A stretch of DNA of 64,000 nt from Deltaproteobacteria bacterium (GTDB taxonomy: Bacteria; JAGRBM01; JAHCIT01), in contig JAHCIT010000001.1 of NCBI GenBank assembly GCA_026129095.1, positions 496,245 to 560,244 on the forward strand, read 5' to 3'. This document shows, in pieces, positions 27,933 to 39,137 of the stretch; positions within the stretch are counted from its first letter, which is position 1, and every line of letters begins with the position of its first letter. The position numbers were made by a program, and so were the translations under genes. Under the pieces are notes generated by a model. It saw only the letters and a program-made list of their open reading frames with translations. It was not told the DNA's origin and did no database searches.

Positions 27933-29195
27933 TCACTTCCTGAATACCACAATACGGTTGGTATTCGTGCCACGGGTGTTGTTGCTGACTCCCCAGCAAT
28001 TCGCCGTTTTTGTGAATTGCTGGTCGTTAATGAGCACAAGGATTGGTTCAAAACCGGATCTGATGCCGGCAGGAATGACCGTTTCCTCCAACTTCACCCT
28101 GCCGCCGCGAACCTCCCCAACCTCAAACGCCACATGCCCACCGGGCTTCAAGATGCGATGAAGTTCGACAAAAACTGCCATCATCGATTTCTGCCAGCCG
28201 TCAATACTGGCCATATGGGTAATGGCCACTCTGTCTGGGTCTATCCCGCAGAACCAGCAGCGCAGCCAATTGTCAGTGGAGTATTGGACAACATCCAGAA
28301 ACGGGGGCGACGTGACCACCAATGCCACCGAACCGGATTTAAGGGCCGGTGTTTTAGCGGCCGGGCCGGTAAACCATCTGGATCGCCGGGATATCAACTG
28401 AAGCCGGCAACGAACCTCCGGCGTTACATCGGACAGCAGGCCGCGGGTTTTCCTTGATATGAGTGCTCGAACGTCACGTCGGGGCGGCACCTGCTTCCTT
28501 TGCCGATTTATCTTTCGCTGCGATTCGACGGACACAGCCTGATTGGGCGGCAGCGTATAAACAGAGAAGAAGCCAGGGGAATGACCCGTCAACCGGTTTA
28601 TCGAGACCATCCGTATCCAGCGATCAATAGAGTCCAGTTTTCCGGATTTTTCCCGCTTGAGGAAATAGTCGCGTAGCGCGCAAATCTCTTTCAGTGTTTC
28701 ATGATGGTAAAACACAAGCAGATCAGAGGGGATATCGCCAGTGAAATCCAGTGATATGCGTTTCAGGCGCATGTCTATCTGGTTCGGCTCGGGCGGATCC
28801 AGGCGGGGTTCAACAAGCGCTCGGCTTAAAGGGTTGACATCATTACCGGCTGGTACTCGTCCAAGAAGCGCCGCTTCCAGAGGCGTGGTCCCTCGGCCCA
28901 TGAAAGGATCGTAAATCAGATCGCCCTCCTCAGTGAGCCGTTCAATAAAAAACCGGGGAAGCTGCGGCTTGAAGCAGGCCCGGTAACTAATCTCATGCAG
29001 GCTGTGGGCTGCACGCTGCTTTGAGGTCCAGAACTCGTTAACAGCTACCGGTAGAATTCCCGAACCTGAAAACGGGATATCCATTATCCGCGTGCGCGTG
29101 CCATATTCACGAAAACTCCGGAGCCCGGACAGCAATGGCTGCTCTGGACCGCCTCCAAGTTGCACACTGGCGGCTGTACGAGTGCGAGAAAGCAT
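27933..29195 (-). CDS. Orphan DNA methyltransferase (motif I before SPPF; N4-C/N6-A type)
   Basis: YRACFKPQLP, YDPFMGRGTT, VTSPPFLD, RILKPGG; start uncertain. Confidence 0.85.
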   Translation of the reverse strand: MLSRTRTAASVQLGGGPEQPLLSGLRSFREYGTRTRIMDIPFSGSGILPVAVNEFWTSKQRAAHSLHEISYRACFKPQLPRFFIERLTEEGDLIYDPFMGRGTTPLEAALLGRVPAGNDVNPLSRALVEPRLDPPEPNQIDMRLKRISLDFTGDIPSDLLVFYHHETLKEICALRDYFLKREKSGKLDSIDRWIRMVSINRLTGHSPGFFSVYTLPPNQAVSVESQRKINRQRKQVPPRRDVRALISRKTRGLLSDVTPEVRCRLQLISRRSRWFTGPAAKTPALKSGSVALVVTSPPFLDVVQYSTDNWLRCWFCGIDPDRVAITHMASIDGWQKSMMAVFVELHRILKPGGHVAFEVGEVRGGRVKLEETVIPAGIRSGFEPILVLINDQQFTKTANCWGVSNNTRGTNTNRIVVFRK

Positions 29196-29256
29196 AGCGA
29201 CCAGCTTATTACCTGTTTTCATGGAATGGTACAATCGTTTTGTATTTTCTTCCGGC

Positions 29257-30456
29257 GTGTGCGATGAAACCCCTCATCCCGTGCTGGTTACTACTTCCCA
29301 AAAGCTTGAAGCCCTGTGCCGTGATATCCGGTCCGAGGGTGTATGCGGCTTCGATACCGAATTCGTTTTTGAACGAACCTATTACCCCAGACTCGGCCTC
29401 ATCCAGCTATCCGCCCCATCTGGAATTGCCGGGGCGGTCGATCCGCTGTCAGTGAAAGACCTGGGGCCGGCACTGGATCTCCTGCTCGACGACCGAATAA
29501 AAAAGATAGTCCATGCCGGTGGAATGGACTGGAAGATCGTTGCCCAGCTCTCTGGTCGACTCCCTCAAAGCGTGTTTGATACGCAGATTGCGGCCAGCTT
29601 TCTCGGCTTTGGTCCGCAAATCGGCTACGCGCCACTTATTGAGTCTGTTTTGGACATCAAGGTAGACAAATCCGAAACCTATACCGACTGGCTACAGCGG
29701 CCACTTCGGCAAGAGCAGATTACTTACGCACTGAGTGACGTGACCCATCTCTTGAAAGTTCAGCATCACCTGGAGTCCGAGTTGGAGCGACGAGGCCGGC
29801 TATCCTGGGCGGTCGAGGAGTTTCGCCGGTCAGTCCATATCGATCTATACGCCGATCCGGATCCCTACGCGGTCTTTCTGGATATCCGCCGATCTTCCTC
29901 GCTAGGACGCCGGGAACTGGCTGTTCTCCGGGAACTGGCTGCCTGGCGGGAGATGGAAGCCAAAACCCGTGATCTCAGGCCCCATTTTGTCCTCAAAGAC
30001 GATGTGCTGCTGGCACTGGCCCGGCGCGCGCCCAGATCCGAGCCCGATCTTTTACAGGTCCGGGGTATTACTTCACAGGAGATAATCCGGTCGGGCCCTG
30101 ACATTCTCAAGGCGATTCATAGAGCCCGGAAACTTCCTGACACCGAATGGCCTTCCGTCGAGAAAGGCGAGCCGCCGGAACCTGGACTCGATGCAGCCGT
30201 GAACCTGCTCCAGTCGTACCTGCAGATTCGTGCGAAAGAACTGGATCTGGCCACCGAAACGCTCCTGACCAAAGGAATGCTGAAAGCAATCGTTCGACAA
30301 GGGGAAAATGCCACATCCACTGACGGAACGCCGATTTTGAAGGGCTGGCGAAAGGAGCTCCTCGGCACCGATTTCCTTGATCTCCTGAATGGACAAATGA
30401 CTCTTGGACTCGACCCCAAAACCCGCAAACTGAAAATCTATCCGGCGGCAAGATAG
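29257..30456 (+). CDS. rnd: Ribonuclease D
   Basis: FDTEF, YYPRLGLIQ, FDTQIAA, TDWLQRPL, YALSDV, HRDC region; start estimated. Confidence 0.92.
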   Translation: MCDETPHPVLVTTSQKLEALCRDIRSEGVCGFDTEFVFERTYYPRLGLIQLSAPSGIAGAVDPLSVKDLGPALDLLLDDRIKKIVHAGGMDWKIVAQLSGRLPQSVFDTQIAASFLGFGPQIGYAPLIESVLDIKVDKSETYTDWLQRPLRQEQITYALSDVTHLLKVQHHLESELERRGRLSWAVEEFRRSVHIDLYADPDPYAVFLDIRRSSSLGRRELAVLRELAAWREMEAKTRDLRPHFVLKDDVLLALARRAPRSEPDLLQVRGITSQEIIRSGPDILKAIHRARKLPDTEWPSVEKGEPPEPGLDAAVNLLQSYLQIRAKELDLATETLLTKGMLKAIVRQGENATSTDGTPILKGWRKELLGTDFLDLLNGQMTLGLDPKTRKLKIYPAAR

Positions 30457-30499
30457 TCCGTCTTATCGGACCCAGGTTCCGGATTGCCGCAAACCTGAT

Positions 30500-32917
30500 T
30501 TATGCAACTGGAATGGACTTCCGGTGGCTGCGGTTTTCAATCACCTGAAGGATTGCAGGGACAAAGGTAAAGGCGACAAGTAATGCGGCAAGCATGCCGG
30601 TACATGCGAGAATACCTAGTGATTGCAGTCCCTTGTGATGTGAAAAGACGAGGCCACCAAAACCTGCCAGCGTCGTCAGGGCAGACATAAAAATACTGCC
30701 TCCCGTATGGGCAAGTACTTTTCGAAGCGAACCGGGACCTTCTTCGCGGTACCGGTGAACGATATGAAGACCGTAATCCTCACCAAATCCAATCAGAAGG
30801 GGGATAGCAATCATGTTGAAGACGTTCACCGACTGGCCAAACCAGACGATTCCCTCCAGTGCCCAGAGCATTCCGACCACCAGCGGCGCACAAACCAGCA
30901 AAGTATCGGCAGCACGTCCCATTCCGAACCAGATGAAGAAAAAGACAAACAGGATAGCCAGCAGAACGAGCCGTGGTCCTTCATGGACCATATAGTAAAG
31001 AATATCCGCTTCAACCGGGATTTCGCCCGCGCCTACAACGTCATGGGAAGCTCCCGGAAGGGTGATAGCGGCGAATGCCTCCCGGAACTTCAGCACGAAT
31101 CCCTGTTCATATTCCTTCGATAAAGGATTGAGATAAACGAGGAAGCCGCCATCATCGGTCCGGAAGTCAGACGACACTTCTGGTGGAACCTCGTTCAACG
31201 TCACTCCGGCAGGGGGCAGTTCACTGATCAGCTTCTGGATATCAGCCTTCTGGCTCTCAGTATCGGCGAGTCTGAGTTCCCGGTTCAGCTTGAACCGGAG
31301 TTCATCCAGCATTTCCAGCTTTTCATCCTGTTTCTCCGGTAAAACCGTGAGGATCGAACGGACTTTCAAGACCATATTTGCCGGCTGCTGCTGATTAATC
31401 TCTGCAATCCGGCCGCCAAGCACCTCTACTTCATCCAGAGATTCCACAGTATAGATCACCGGCGGGTCATCAATCTCGGCAACCTCATGGTAGTATCTTT
31501 CCACATGAAGAAGGCCTTTGGTTGAAGGGCGCAGTTCCGAAATACGGAAGTTGAAACTGAGATTCTGGGGGGCGGTCCAAAGACACCACAATGTAAACAC
31601 GACAGTGAGACCGAGCATCATTACTGCTCCCGGGATCGGGCGCCTTGAACTCAGAAAACTGAACTGCCGGTGCGGGGGCGGTGACTGGAAAAATCCGCCC
31701 CATCCTCGTGCTTCTAGTTCAAGAAACAGACAGGGAAGAAGAACGACCGATGCGATCACCGTCATTAGGGCGCCGGTACCCGCCAGGAGCCCGAACTGCT
31801 GGTAACCACGAAAGTCCGCGGTCGCCAGCACAAAGAAAATCCCGCAATTCGTTGTGGCAGTTTCCACACAAGCAGCGCCCGAGCTTTTCATCATCATCAC
31901 GAATGATTCTTCGCGGGAAAAGCCATCCGAGCGATGCTCGATATAGCGGTTAAGAAGATGTATGGCGTAATCAACGCCAAGGCCAAACAGGATCATTCCC
32001 ATGAAGCCGCTCATGGGGTTCAACTGGCCGACGACCCATCCGGCGATTCCAAAACTCCAGATCATTGCCACATTCAGTGGACCGACAATAAACAGCACCG
32101 GCCAGAATGAGCGATAGTAAACGAACAGCAACGTGACGACCGCAACGAGTGTGAATACTGATCCCCGGACTATGTCGCTACGCAAGACCGAATCCTCGTA
32201 AAGCTGATCCTGAAAGGGACCACCCGTGGAAATTGAAAGACCATCGGGCATGGTGCGTCCAGGGAACACTGCTTCAATGGTGCGGTCTGTAATTTCTACA
32301 ATCCGCTCGGCAGCGTCCACATCACTCACGAATGCCCTCGGTGTCACGAGCAAAAGAAGAACCGTGCGGTCCTTGTCGGTAAAGTATCCGAACCAGTCGT
32401 CTACATCATGCTTTTTACGGATGGCGTCGAGATCTTCTTCTTTTTCTTCATCACTCAGAAGATCAATCAGGCGTCCGGATTCCTTCAGCCGCTCATAATT
32501 AATCCGGCCAATCACCGCACGGCTGAACTCATCCAGCTCATCCAGCGGCATATAAAGAAACTTGTACGGCTCAAAAAATGCCAGATATGTGCGGTAACGG
32601 GCGCGAAGAACAAATGGATCAGACACTACAAGAGCGCGGAGCCGCTCGGCTGCCGCTACCCGGTCTTCCATGGAACCGCCTTCAATCAGTACCACATGAT
32701 CGGCAAGGCCCGGCACCCTTTCCTTAAGATCTTCGAGAGCTTTCACACTTTGTGCATTCCTGGGAAGCATCTCCGCGTAATCATTACGGACATCCAGTCG
32801 GGAGAAACCCGGCAACGCTGCAAGCGTCACCACCGACAGTATTCCAAGCGCAAGCCGGTGATGGCCAAGAAGCCACCGGGCCAGCCGTTCCATGAGATTT
32901 TCAATCCATCCAGCCAT
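30500..32917 (-). CDS. MMPL / RND-family transporter
   Basis: Two TM blocks with GLGVDYAIH and GFGEDYGLH motifs. Confidence 0.9.
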   Translation of the reverse strand: MAGWIENLMERLARWLLGHHRLALGILSVVTLAALPGFSRLDVRNDYAEMLPRNAQSVKALEDLKERVPGLADHVVLIEGGSMEDRVAAAERLRALVVSDPFVLRARYRTYLAFFEPYKFLYMPLDELDEFSRAVIGRINYERLKESGRLIDLLSDEEKEEDLDAIRKKHDVDDWFGYFTDKDRTVLLLLVTPRAFVSDVDAAERIVEITDRTIEAVFPGRTMPDGLSISTGGPFQDQLYEDSVLRSDIVRGSVFTLVAVVTLLFVYYRSFWPVLFIVGPLNVAMIWSFGIAGWVVGQLNPMSGFMGMILFGLGVDYAIHLLNRYIEHRSDGFSREESFVMMMKSSGAACVETATTNCGIFFVLATADFRGYQQFGLLAGTGALMTVIASVVLLPCLFLELEARGWGGFFQSPPPHRQFSFLSSRRPIPGAVMMLGLTVVFTLWCLWTAPQNLSFNFRISELRPSTKGLLHVERYYHEVAEIDDPPVIYTVESLDEVEVLGGRIAEINQQQPANMVLKVRSILTVLPEKQDEKLEMLDELRFKLNRELRLADTESQKADIQKLISELPPAGVTLNEVPPEVSSDFRTDDGGFLVYLNPLSKEYEQGFVLKFREAFAAITLPGASHDVVGAGEIPVEADILYYMVHEGPRLVLLAILFVFFFIWFGMGRAADTLLVCAPLVVGMLWALEGIVWFGQSVNVFNMIAIPLLIGFGEDYGLHIVHRYREEGPGSLRKVLAHTGGSIFMSALTTLAGFGGLVFSHHKGLQSLGILACTGMLAALLVAFTFVPAILQVIENRSHRKSIPVA

Positions 32918-32927
32918 GAACTACCGG

Positions 32928-33416
32928 CTACTCCCGAATCCTTGCCAGCAGGTGATCTTCAAACTGATGCATAGCTGCTTCGGCCCGATCACCCCGTTCG
33001 TGATCGAAACCCAGTAGATGCGCTACTCCGTGAACGATCAGCCTGCGCATTTCAGCCGATAATGGGATCCCCTGTTCCTTTGCCTGCCGCCGCGCCTGTG
33101 GAACCGAAATCACTATATCCCCCAGCAGAACCGGCACAGGTCTACGCTGGTAACGGAGTTTTTTCAGTGCGCCAATAGCTGCCCGCCGTCCCGTCGAACC
33201 GGATGTCAGGCAATCGGCCTCTCGCGCCAGTAATACTGTTTCTTGGGGAAAAGAGAGTACATCTGTCGTGCCCCGGCGCCTAAGTGCCGACCAATTAAGA
33301 CGGGTCATCAAAACATCGCCGGCCAGCATGACTGACAACGCGACACTCTCAGATTCCAAGACGCTTAAGATCGTCCGGACGTCCGCCGTCAGGTTTTTCA
33401 GCTGATGCTCCGTCAT
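32928..33416 (-). CDS. ybeY: rRNA maturation RNase YbeY
   Basis: TDVLSFP, LGDIVIS, HGVAHLLGFDH; start uncertain, overlaps the HD gene. Confidence 0.88.
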   Translation of the reverse strand: MTEHQLKNLTADVRTILSVLESESVALSVMLAGDVLMTRLNWSALRRRGTTDVLSFPQETVLLAREADCLTSGSTGRRAAIGALKKLRYQRRPVPVLLGDIVISVPQARRQAKEQGIPLSAEMRRLIVHGVAHLLGFDHERGDRAEAAMHQFEDHLLARIRE

Positions 33417-35676
33417 CTTCGCGCCCTCCGTCATCCAGATCAGTGACGTCGGGGTCGGGGATCTTCGCACGGACCTTTTCCGCAGGCTCGGGGTACTTGA
33501 TCCGGTGATGGTAGAACGCGCCGATGACGCGCGTGAAGGTTCGGGCAATGACATGGAGATCCTTCAGGGTAAGTTCGCATTCATCGAGCTGTCCGTCGGC
33601 GAATGCATCGTTGATGAGCTTTTGCACCATGCCCTGTATCCGGGCACGGGTATAATCAGGCAAGGTCCTGGCAGCGGCCTCGCAGGCATCCGCCAGCAGA
33701 ATAACACCCGCTTCCCGCGTCTGCGGCTTGGGACCGGGATAGCGGAAGTCAGCATCGTTGATCGCCGGCGCGTCCGGATCCCGCTGATCGATTGCCTTGC
33801 GATAAAAGAACTTCATCAGTTTGGTGCCATGATGCTGTGGGATCATGTCGATTACTGCCTGTGGCAATCCGGCTTCGTGTCCCATCCGAATGCCTTCTTC
33901 CACATGGCTCCGTATCACAAGTGCGCTCATGGTGGGTGAAAGCTTCAGATGCGGATTTGTCTGGCCTTCAACCAGGTTTTCAACAAAAAATGACGGCTTC
34001 AGCGATTTCCCAATGTCATGGTACATGCAGGCAACCCGGGCTAGCAACGCATTCCCACCGATCTCCTTTACACCTGCCTCCGACAGGGCTCCCACGATCA
34101 GGCTGTGATGATAGGTTCCCGGTGATTGGAGAAATACTTTCTGAATAAGGGGATGATCGAAGGTATTGAGCTCCATGAGGCGCAGATCGCTTGTGTAATT
34201 GAAGAGTCTTTCGAGCGAAGGGAGAATCACGTAGACACAGGTTGGCGTGGCAAGCGCGCCACCGGCAATTGCAATGAGCAATGCCTCCCGTAACTGGCCA
34301 CTGTCGATGCTCCCCATCTGCCAAACCACCAGGACGGCCGAAGCATTAATCAGTCCTATGGCGGCACCAGTCCGCATAACAATGCCACGGCTTGTCGTCT
34401 GTGAAATCAGTGCCGTACCCACGGAACCGGCGGCAAGATAATGGATGGCTAGCACCAGATCACCGTGAGCGGCAATCACCGACAGGACAGAAGCAACCAC
34501 GGTCCAGGCAAATACGGTTTCGGCACGGTAAATAAGCCTGAGAACGACAGCGAATGGTGCCACCAACGCCACATATATCCATATGGGCGGCAGGAGGCGA
34601 TTGATGACTGTAACAACCGTCAGCAGGATTCCCATCGTCAGAAGGTCGTATGGCTCGGAAGCCACGGAAACGAATTGTCGCCGTAAATAAAACACGAGTG
34701 CGAACAGAAATACGAATACGGCGATTGTAAGTGCGGCAAAGTGAAGCAGCCAGCGCGATTCTTTCTGGCGAGCGCGAATCAGATCCAGCAGGTCCAGCTT
34801 CTGCTGGTCCACGCGTTCTCCTTCACGGATGATCAGTTCGCCCTTGGTGATTCTCACATAGACCGGTTTGACCGACTCGCCAGCTTTCAGGCGGCGCCGT
34901 TCTGTTTCCTGGATATTTCGGGAGAAATTTGGCCTCAGAACTTCGCGAAGCAGTTCGGTGGCCGCCTGACGGAGCCTGAGCGGAGATTCTTCCATCCACA
35001 AATCGATAATACCCGGCGCTGCTGACCGTGCTCCCCGGAGATCAGTAATATAGTCATAACTGCTTTCCGTAAATTCCTGTCCGCCCGGAACCCGGCGAAT
35101 CATAATTGCCACGCCAGACTCGGCAGGGAGATCCCCCATGGAACCGATGACACCCGGCTTGAGGAGTTGCTCGGCAGCCCGTTTGATCTGGATCTCGACT
35201 ACCTCCGGCCAACGGATCGCCCGCAGTTCAGCGAGTGTCCGGGGATGTAGTGCAAGCCCAAGCGATGCTGCCTTTTCCGCGTCGGTGCGTGAGCTCTCGA
35301 CAGAAACGTGCTGCCGCATGCTTTCAAAAAATTCTCCGAGGCGGCGGACAACCTCACTCACCACTCCTTCGTCATAGTCGTAGATGGCGGGAACCATGCG
35401 TGCCGCTTCAGATCGTCGCAAGCGCGTTGTGACTTCATCTTCCAGCGTCATGTCTTCGGGTGCCTGAAGGGCCTCCCGGGCCGGCTCACCGGCTTCATAG
35501 ACAGGAATCCGGATCGGTAAGCCAGGCGTGAGCGAGATTCCAATCACTGCGGACATGACTATCAGGAGTGCAAAATACACGGCTTTGCCACGTGCGGTGA
35601 CCGGCAACACACGGATCATCCCGGTTTCTTCGACCAGCCGTTCCAGAACACCAAGGGCTGATTCGCGCTCAGTCAT
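33349..35676 (-). CDS. 7TM-HD phosphohydrolase (PgpH-like)
   Basis: PGTYHHS, YHDIGK, QHHGT, FRYPGPKPQTRE, LADACEAA; adjacent to ybeY. Confidence 0.92.
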   Translation of the reverse strand: MTERESALGVLERLVEETGMIRVLPVTARGKAVYFALLIVMSAVIGISLTPGLPIRIPVYEAGEPAREALQAPEDMTLEDEVTTRLRRSEAARMVPAIYDYDEGVVSEVVRRLGEFFESMRQHVSVESSRTDAEKAASLGLALHPRTLAELRAIRWPEVVEIQIKRAAEQLLKPGVIGSMGDLPAESGVAIMIRRVPGGQEFTESSYDYITDLRGARSAAPGIIDLWMEESPLRLRQAATELLREVLRPNFSRNIQETERRRLKAGESVKPVYVRITKGELIIREGERVDQQKLDLLDLIRARQKESRWLLHFAALTIAVFVFLFALVFYLRRQFVSVASEPYDLLTMGILLTVVTVINRLLPPIWIYVALVAPFAVVLRLIYRAETVFAWTVVASVLSVIAAHGDLVLAIHYLAAGSVGTALISQTTSRGIVMRTGAAIGLINASAVLVVWQMGSIDSGQLREALLIAIAGGALATPTCVYVILPSLERLFNYTSDLRLMELNTFDHPLIQKVFLQSPGTYHHSLIVGALSEAGVKEIGGNALLARVACMYHDIGKSLKPSFFVENLVEGQTNPHLKLSPTMSALVIRSHVEEGIRMGHEAGLPQAVIDMIPQHHGTKLMKFFYRKAIDQRDPDAPAINDADFRYPGPKPQTREAGVILLADACEAAARTLPDYTRARIQGMVQKLINDAFADGQLDECELTLKDLHVIARTFTRVIGAFYHHRIKYPEPAEKVRAKIPDPDVTDLDDGGREDDGASAEKPDGGRPDDLKRLGI

Positions 35677-35832
35677 GGCTTGTTGTCGTCCTTGCGTTTG
35701 CAGCTCTGGCGAACCTGAATGTCCAAGGACATACTCGCCCGGTGCTGCCGGAGCACAGAGAGGCCGTCACCCAGAACGGCATGGATTTCGACTGGGGATG
35801 GAACTCAAAACTGTCTTGCGGCAAACCGTCCG

Positions 35833-36963
35833 TCAGGGACTACTCCCGGCCCTATTATCGGGTTTTTGTTCCGTGAGACTGAAAGTGTCTCCCGCCGGCT
35901 GATAATCAGCCCTACCGGATATGAAGGTTACTGTCTGCGGATCAATCAATCCAACTCTCAGCAATTCGTCCAAAGAAGCTGGATACGCGCTTTCAAGAGC
36001 GTACCAAGCCTCTAAAGCATGAATCACACGGGCTTCATGCAGGTGCTTTCTTTCGGATTCCCGCAGCGCCCGGCTCCAGAACGGCCAAGTGACCAGATGG
36101 TAAAGGTTACCGAGTCCCGCAAATACACTCACCGCAAGCAACGCGAGGAGCAAATAGGCCGGCCCGCGACCCGTCCAGGTACGCTTGCGCTTTGCCGGAA
36201 TGGCCGGGGCCAGAAAATCCGGCTCGGCGCGAACCTCGATCTGGACATATCCTTTCTTGAGAAGCGACAGAAGCGATTTGGCGCCGTCGAATTTCCCCAA
36301 CCGGGCCATGTCGATAACCTGCTGAACGGTCCGGCCAGCTTCGACCTGCTCGTAAACACGATGCTCTTCGTGCGTAATACCTCCACCCTTGCCACCTTCC
36401 GTAGGTGGGGGCGGCTCGATCCCTGGTGTCCGGGCAACACCCTGCGCAAAATCCGGCATCTCTCTCAGGATTGCCGGCCATTCATCCACCATCCGGAAAC
36501 CGTCCATGAGCACATGTTCAGCCGGTATTGCCTCGAAGCTGTCAGTGTTAACTTCGATTTCCTTCTGCTGGAATTCGAACTCGGCGTCCTGCCAGCCAAA
36601 AAGTTCGTAGATGTTTTCCAGTGTGTCGAGCTTTTCGACCGCTGATACCTGCTCGTTCACGATCAACCCTGAATCAACCAACACGTCACGGAGTTGTCGG
36701 AGTTGTTCCCGGGCACTGGATGAGGCCTCGTCAGCACCACGCCGGGTGATGAGGCCCCCGCGCACCAGCGCGTTGCATAGGGCTGCATCAGCGCTGACCC
36801 CGTGGGGAGCCGCTCGACGAATCCGGCCCTTGGTAAAAAATACATCGACAGCACTGTTGCCCGGACCGTTGCGAAGATAGAGCACACCTGTTTTTTGCTG
36901 CTGCCCGATAAGCTGGAAAATATCGGCAATACCGAAATCCTTTATAGTCCCCTGCAATGCCAT
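35833..36963 (-). CDS. DUF4388 domain protein
   Basis: MALQGTIKDFGIADIFQLIGQQQKTGVL...LMDGFRMVDEW; C-terminal TM. Confidence 0.85.
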   Translation of the reverse strand: MALQGTIKDFGIADIFQLIGQQQKTGVLYLRNGPGNSAVDVFFTKGRIRRAAPHGVSADAALCNALVRGGLITRRGADEASSSAREQLRQLRDVLVDSGLIVNEQVSAVEKLDTLENIYELFGWQDAEFEFQQKEIEVNTDSFEAIPAEHVLMDGFRMVDEWPAILREMPDFAQGVARTPGIEPPPPTEGGKGGGITHEEHRVYEQVEAGRTVQQVIDMARLGKFDGAKSLLSLLKKGYVQIEVRAEPDFLAPAIPAKRKRTWTGRGPAYLLLALLAVSVFAGLGNLYHLVTWPFWSRALRESERKHLHEARVIHALEAWYALESAYPASLDELLRVGLIDPQTVTFISGRADYQPAGDTFSLTEQKPDNRAGSSP

Positions 36964-36964
36964 T

Positions 36965-39070
36965 TCAGCTCTCCTCCAGATCGAAGAAGTGCCATAAGGC
37001 GGCCAGATAAAAGAGAAGACCACTTGTAATAAGTGCTACCCGGAACGGAGCTGATGGGTCCTTCAAAAGCGACCAGGGATCACCCGTAAGGATTCCGCCC
37101 TGAACCCAGAAACTCGCAAGCACGGAGCTTACTGCCAAAAATACAGCCCCGATCGCGAGTCGGCCCCGGCCCATTTCGCCTGAGCCTGGGGCGATGAATG
37201 TAGCAAATGACCACAATCGCCTCTTGTGCCGCTGCCAGGACTTTATTTCGGCGCGCTTCTTGAGAAGCGTCATCGGCTCCACTGTCTCTGCCCGGTAAAG
37301 CACAGCGATACATTGCGAACAGATAGAAGTGGACTGGAGAAACTGTCCTTCCCGGGCACGAATCCATGTCCCGCACGACTCACACACATATGAATGCCCA
37401 ACCCTGGGCCGCAAAAGCTGAATAGCCAGAACGACTACAGCACACAGGAGCACCAGCAACGTCGCTTCCCGTTCGCTCCCAGTAAAGGCGGCATAAAGGG
37501 CCGGCACACTGCTTCCATCCCCAGCAAGACTTTCATGAAAATCCCAGATGTGCCGGTCCGATAACGGGAATGTAGCCAAAAGTTTCAACTCGCCTGTGCC
37601 CATTACCGGGCGCGTCCACCGGCTCCAGTTGTCAGGGCCCAACTCTCTCTGGGCAGCGGAAATAGCCCGCTGGGCTGCTTCGGCCTGATCAGCTCCTGCC
37701 AATTCGAGAATTCGGGCGCGGTTAAGCGCAAGCCACCGGGCCTCTCCGCCATCTCGCATAGCCCGTTCGTTGAGTTCAAGCGCCTTCATTGGCTCCCCAT
37801 CCAGCGCTTCCACCACTGCAAGATTGGCTGCCGCCTGCCAGAAAGCAGGACGAGATTGCAAGACCTGGCTGAACGATTCACGAGCTGCATCTAAATTCCG
37901 CCGCTTCAGGGCAACCATCCCGAATGAAAACCAGGAAACTGTGTCGGCAGGGTTTTCGATTTTCCGGCGCTCAAGGATCGCTTCCAGCGATTTCGTAGGC
38001 TCTCCGTATCGGGCCTCCACAACCGCAGCCAGGGAAGTGGACCTGGAAGCGGCAGCGCGCACTGCGGCACTACGGGCGAGCGGCGGGACCACCGCCAGAA
38101 CTGCCAGCGCCACAAACAGCACCGCAGATTCGCGCTTGGTGACATACATGGCTGACATGACAAGCCAGCAGGCCGCAGTACCAGTGGCACCCGCACCCAA
38201 TGCAGGTGGAACCAATGCTGCCAAGAGCACCATCACCCTGAATATCCCGAGTGGCACCTGATCAATCGCCCGGAGCCAATAGGCGAGATCGGCAGATAAC
38301 GCCATATGAGTACGGTAAAGCAGCACCAGCGCGATCACCAATGCCGCAAGAATTCCAGCAAGCACTGCTGCCTGAAAAAGTGCGGAAGTAGCTGACAGAT
38401 AGGTGATAATCTGCCCCATCTGGCGGCGAATGCCACTGCGATAATGTTCCATCAAGGCACCGGGATCGAGGTCACCACCCTCGATAGCGAGTCGGAACCG
38501 GGCATAGGGAACTGATGCCAGCCGGGGAGAAAGCCGCTCGGCATCATCGAGCATTGCGCGCATGAGATCACGATCACCATTGCGGAGTGCCTGACGAGCC
38601 ATATGAATCAGTGCAGTGGAACGTGGCGCCAGATTTTCGATTCCAAGAAGAAACCGGAGACGATCAAGACGGTCGAGCAGTGATGCCGCCACAGAAAGAC
38701 GCCCACCCCGAAGGGCTGCAAGCAGTTCACGCCAAGTACCCTCCAGCATGCCAAGGGTCGGCGCTTCTGCCGGGTTATATTCGGCTGGGCTATCGGCCAA
38801 AAGATCAGCGATACTTACGGGATTTAAAAAAATCGGGCCGGAACTGGCCGCACCCAAGACAGCGGAAGCCCCAGACAAGGGAGCATCTGGGGCCACAACC
38901 GGCACGGCAGGATCTGGAACAGTCTCGAGGATATCTGGACTCCGTGGCTGGATTCTGGACGGAGAAGCGAGCATTTGATCCACTTCATCCAGGGATCTTG
39001 GGGACTCACGTTCCTGCGCTTTCAGGAGCAGCGCCCCACCAAGACAGAGCATTCCGGCAGCAAAAAACAT
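36965..39070 (-). CDS. TPR-containing membrane protein
   Basis: TM segments, TPR-like helices, CESCG...CSQC Zn-finger-like motif; start uncertain. Confidence 0.7.
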   Translation of the reverse strand: MFFAAGMLCLGGALLLKAQERESPRSLDEVDQMLASPSRIQPRSPDILETVPDPAVPVVAPDAPLSGASAVLGAASSGPIFLNPVSIADLLADSPAEYNPAEAPTLGMLEGTWRELLAALRGGRLSVAASLLDRLDRLRFLLGIENLAPRSTALIHMARQALRNGDRDLMRAMLDDAERLSPRLASVPYARFRLAIEGGDLDPGALMEHYRSGIRRQMGQIITYLSATSALFQAAVLAGILAALVIALVLLYRTHMALSADLAYWLRAIDQVPLGIFRVMVLLAALVPPALGAGATGTAACWLVMSAMYVTKRESAVLFVALAVLAVVPPLARSAAVRAAASRSTSLAAVVEARYGEPTKSLEAILERRKIENPADTVSWFSFGMVALKRRNLDAARESFSQVLQSRPAFWQAAANLAVVEALDGEPMKALELNERAMRDGGEARWLALNRARILELAGADQAEAAQRAISAAQRELGPDNWSRWTRPVMGTGELKLLATFPLSDRHIWDFHESLAGDGSSVPALYAAFTGSEREATLLVLLCAVVVLAIQLLRPRVGHSYVCESCGTWIRAREGQFLQSTSICSQCIAVLYRAETVEPMTLLKKRAEIKSWQRHKRRLWSFATFIAPGSGEMGRGRLAIGAVFLAVSSVLASFWVQGGILTGDPWSLLKDPSAPFRVALITSGLLFYLAALWHFFDLEES

Positions 39071-39137
39071 CAGCCAGCGCCAATGTGCAGGCGCCTGTTG
39101 ACCGGTGGCTGCCGTGCCGGTGAATCTCCCCCGTCTC

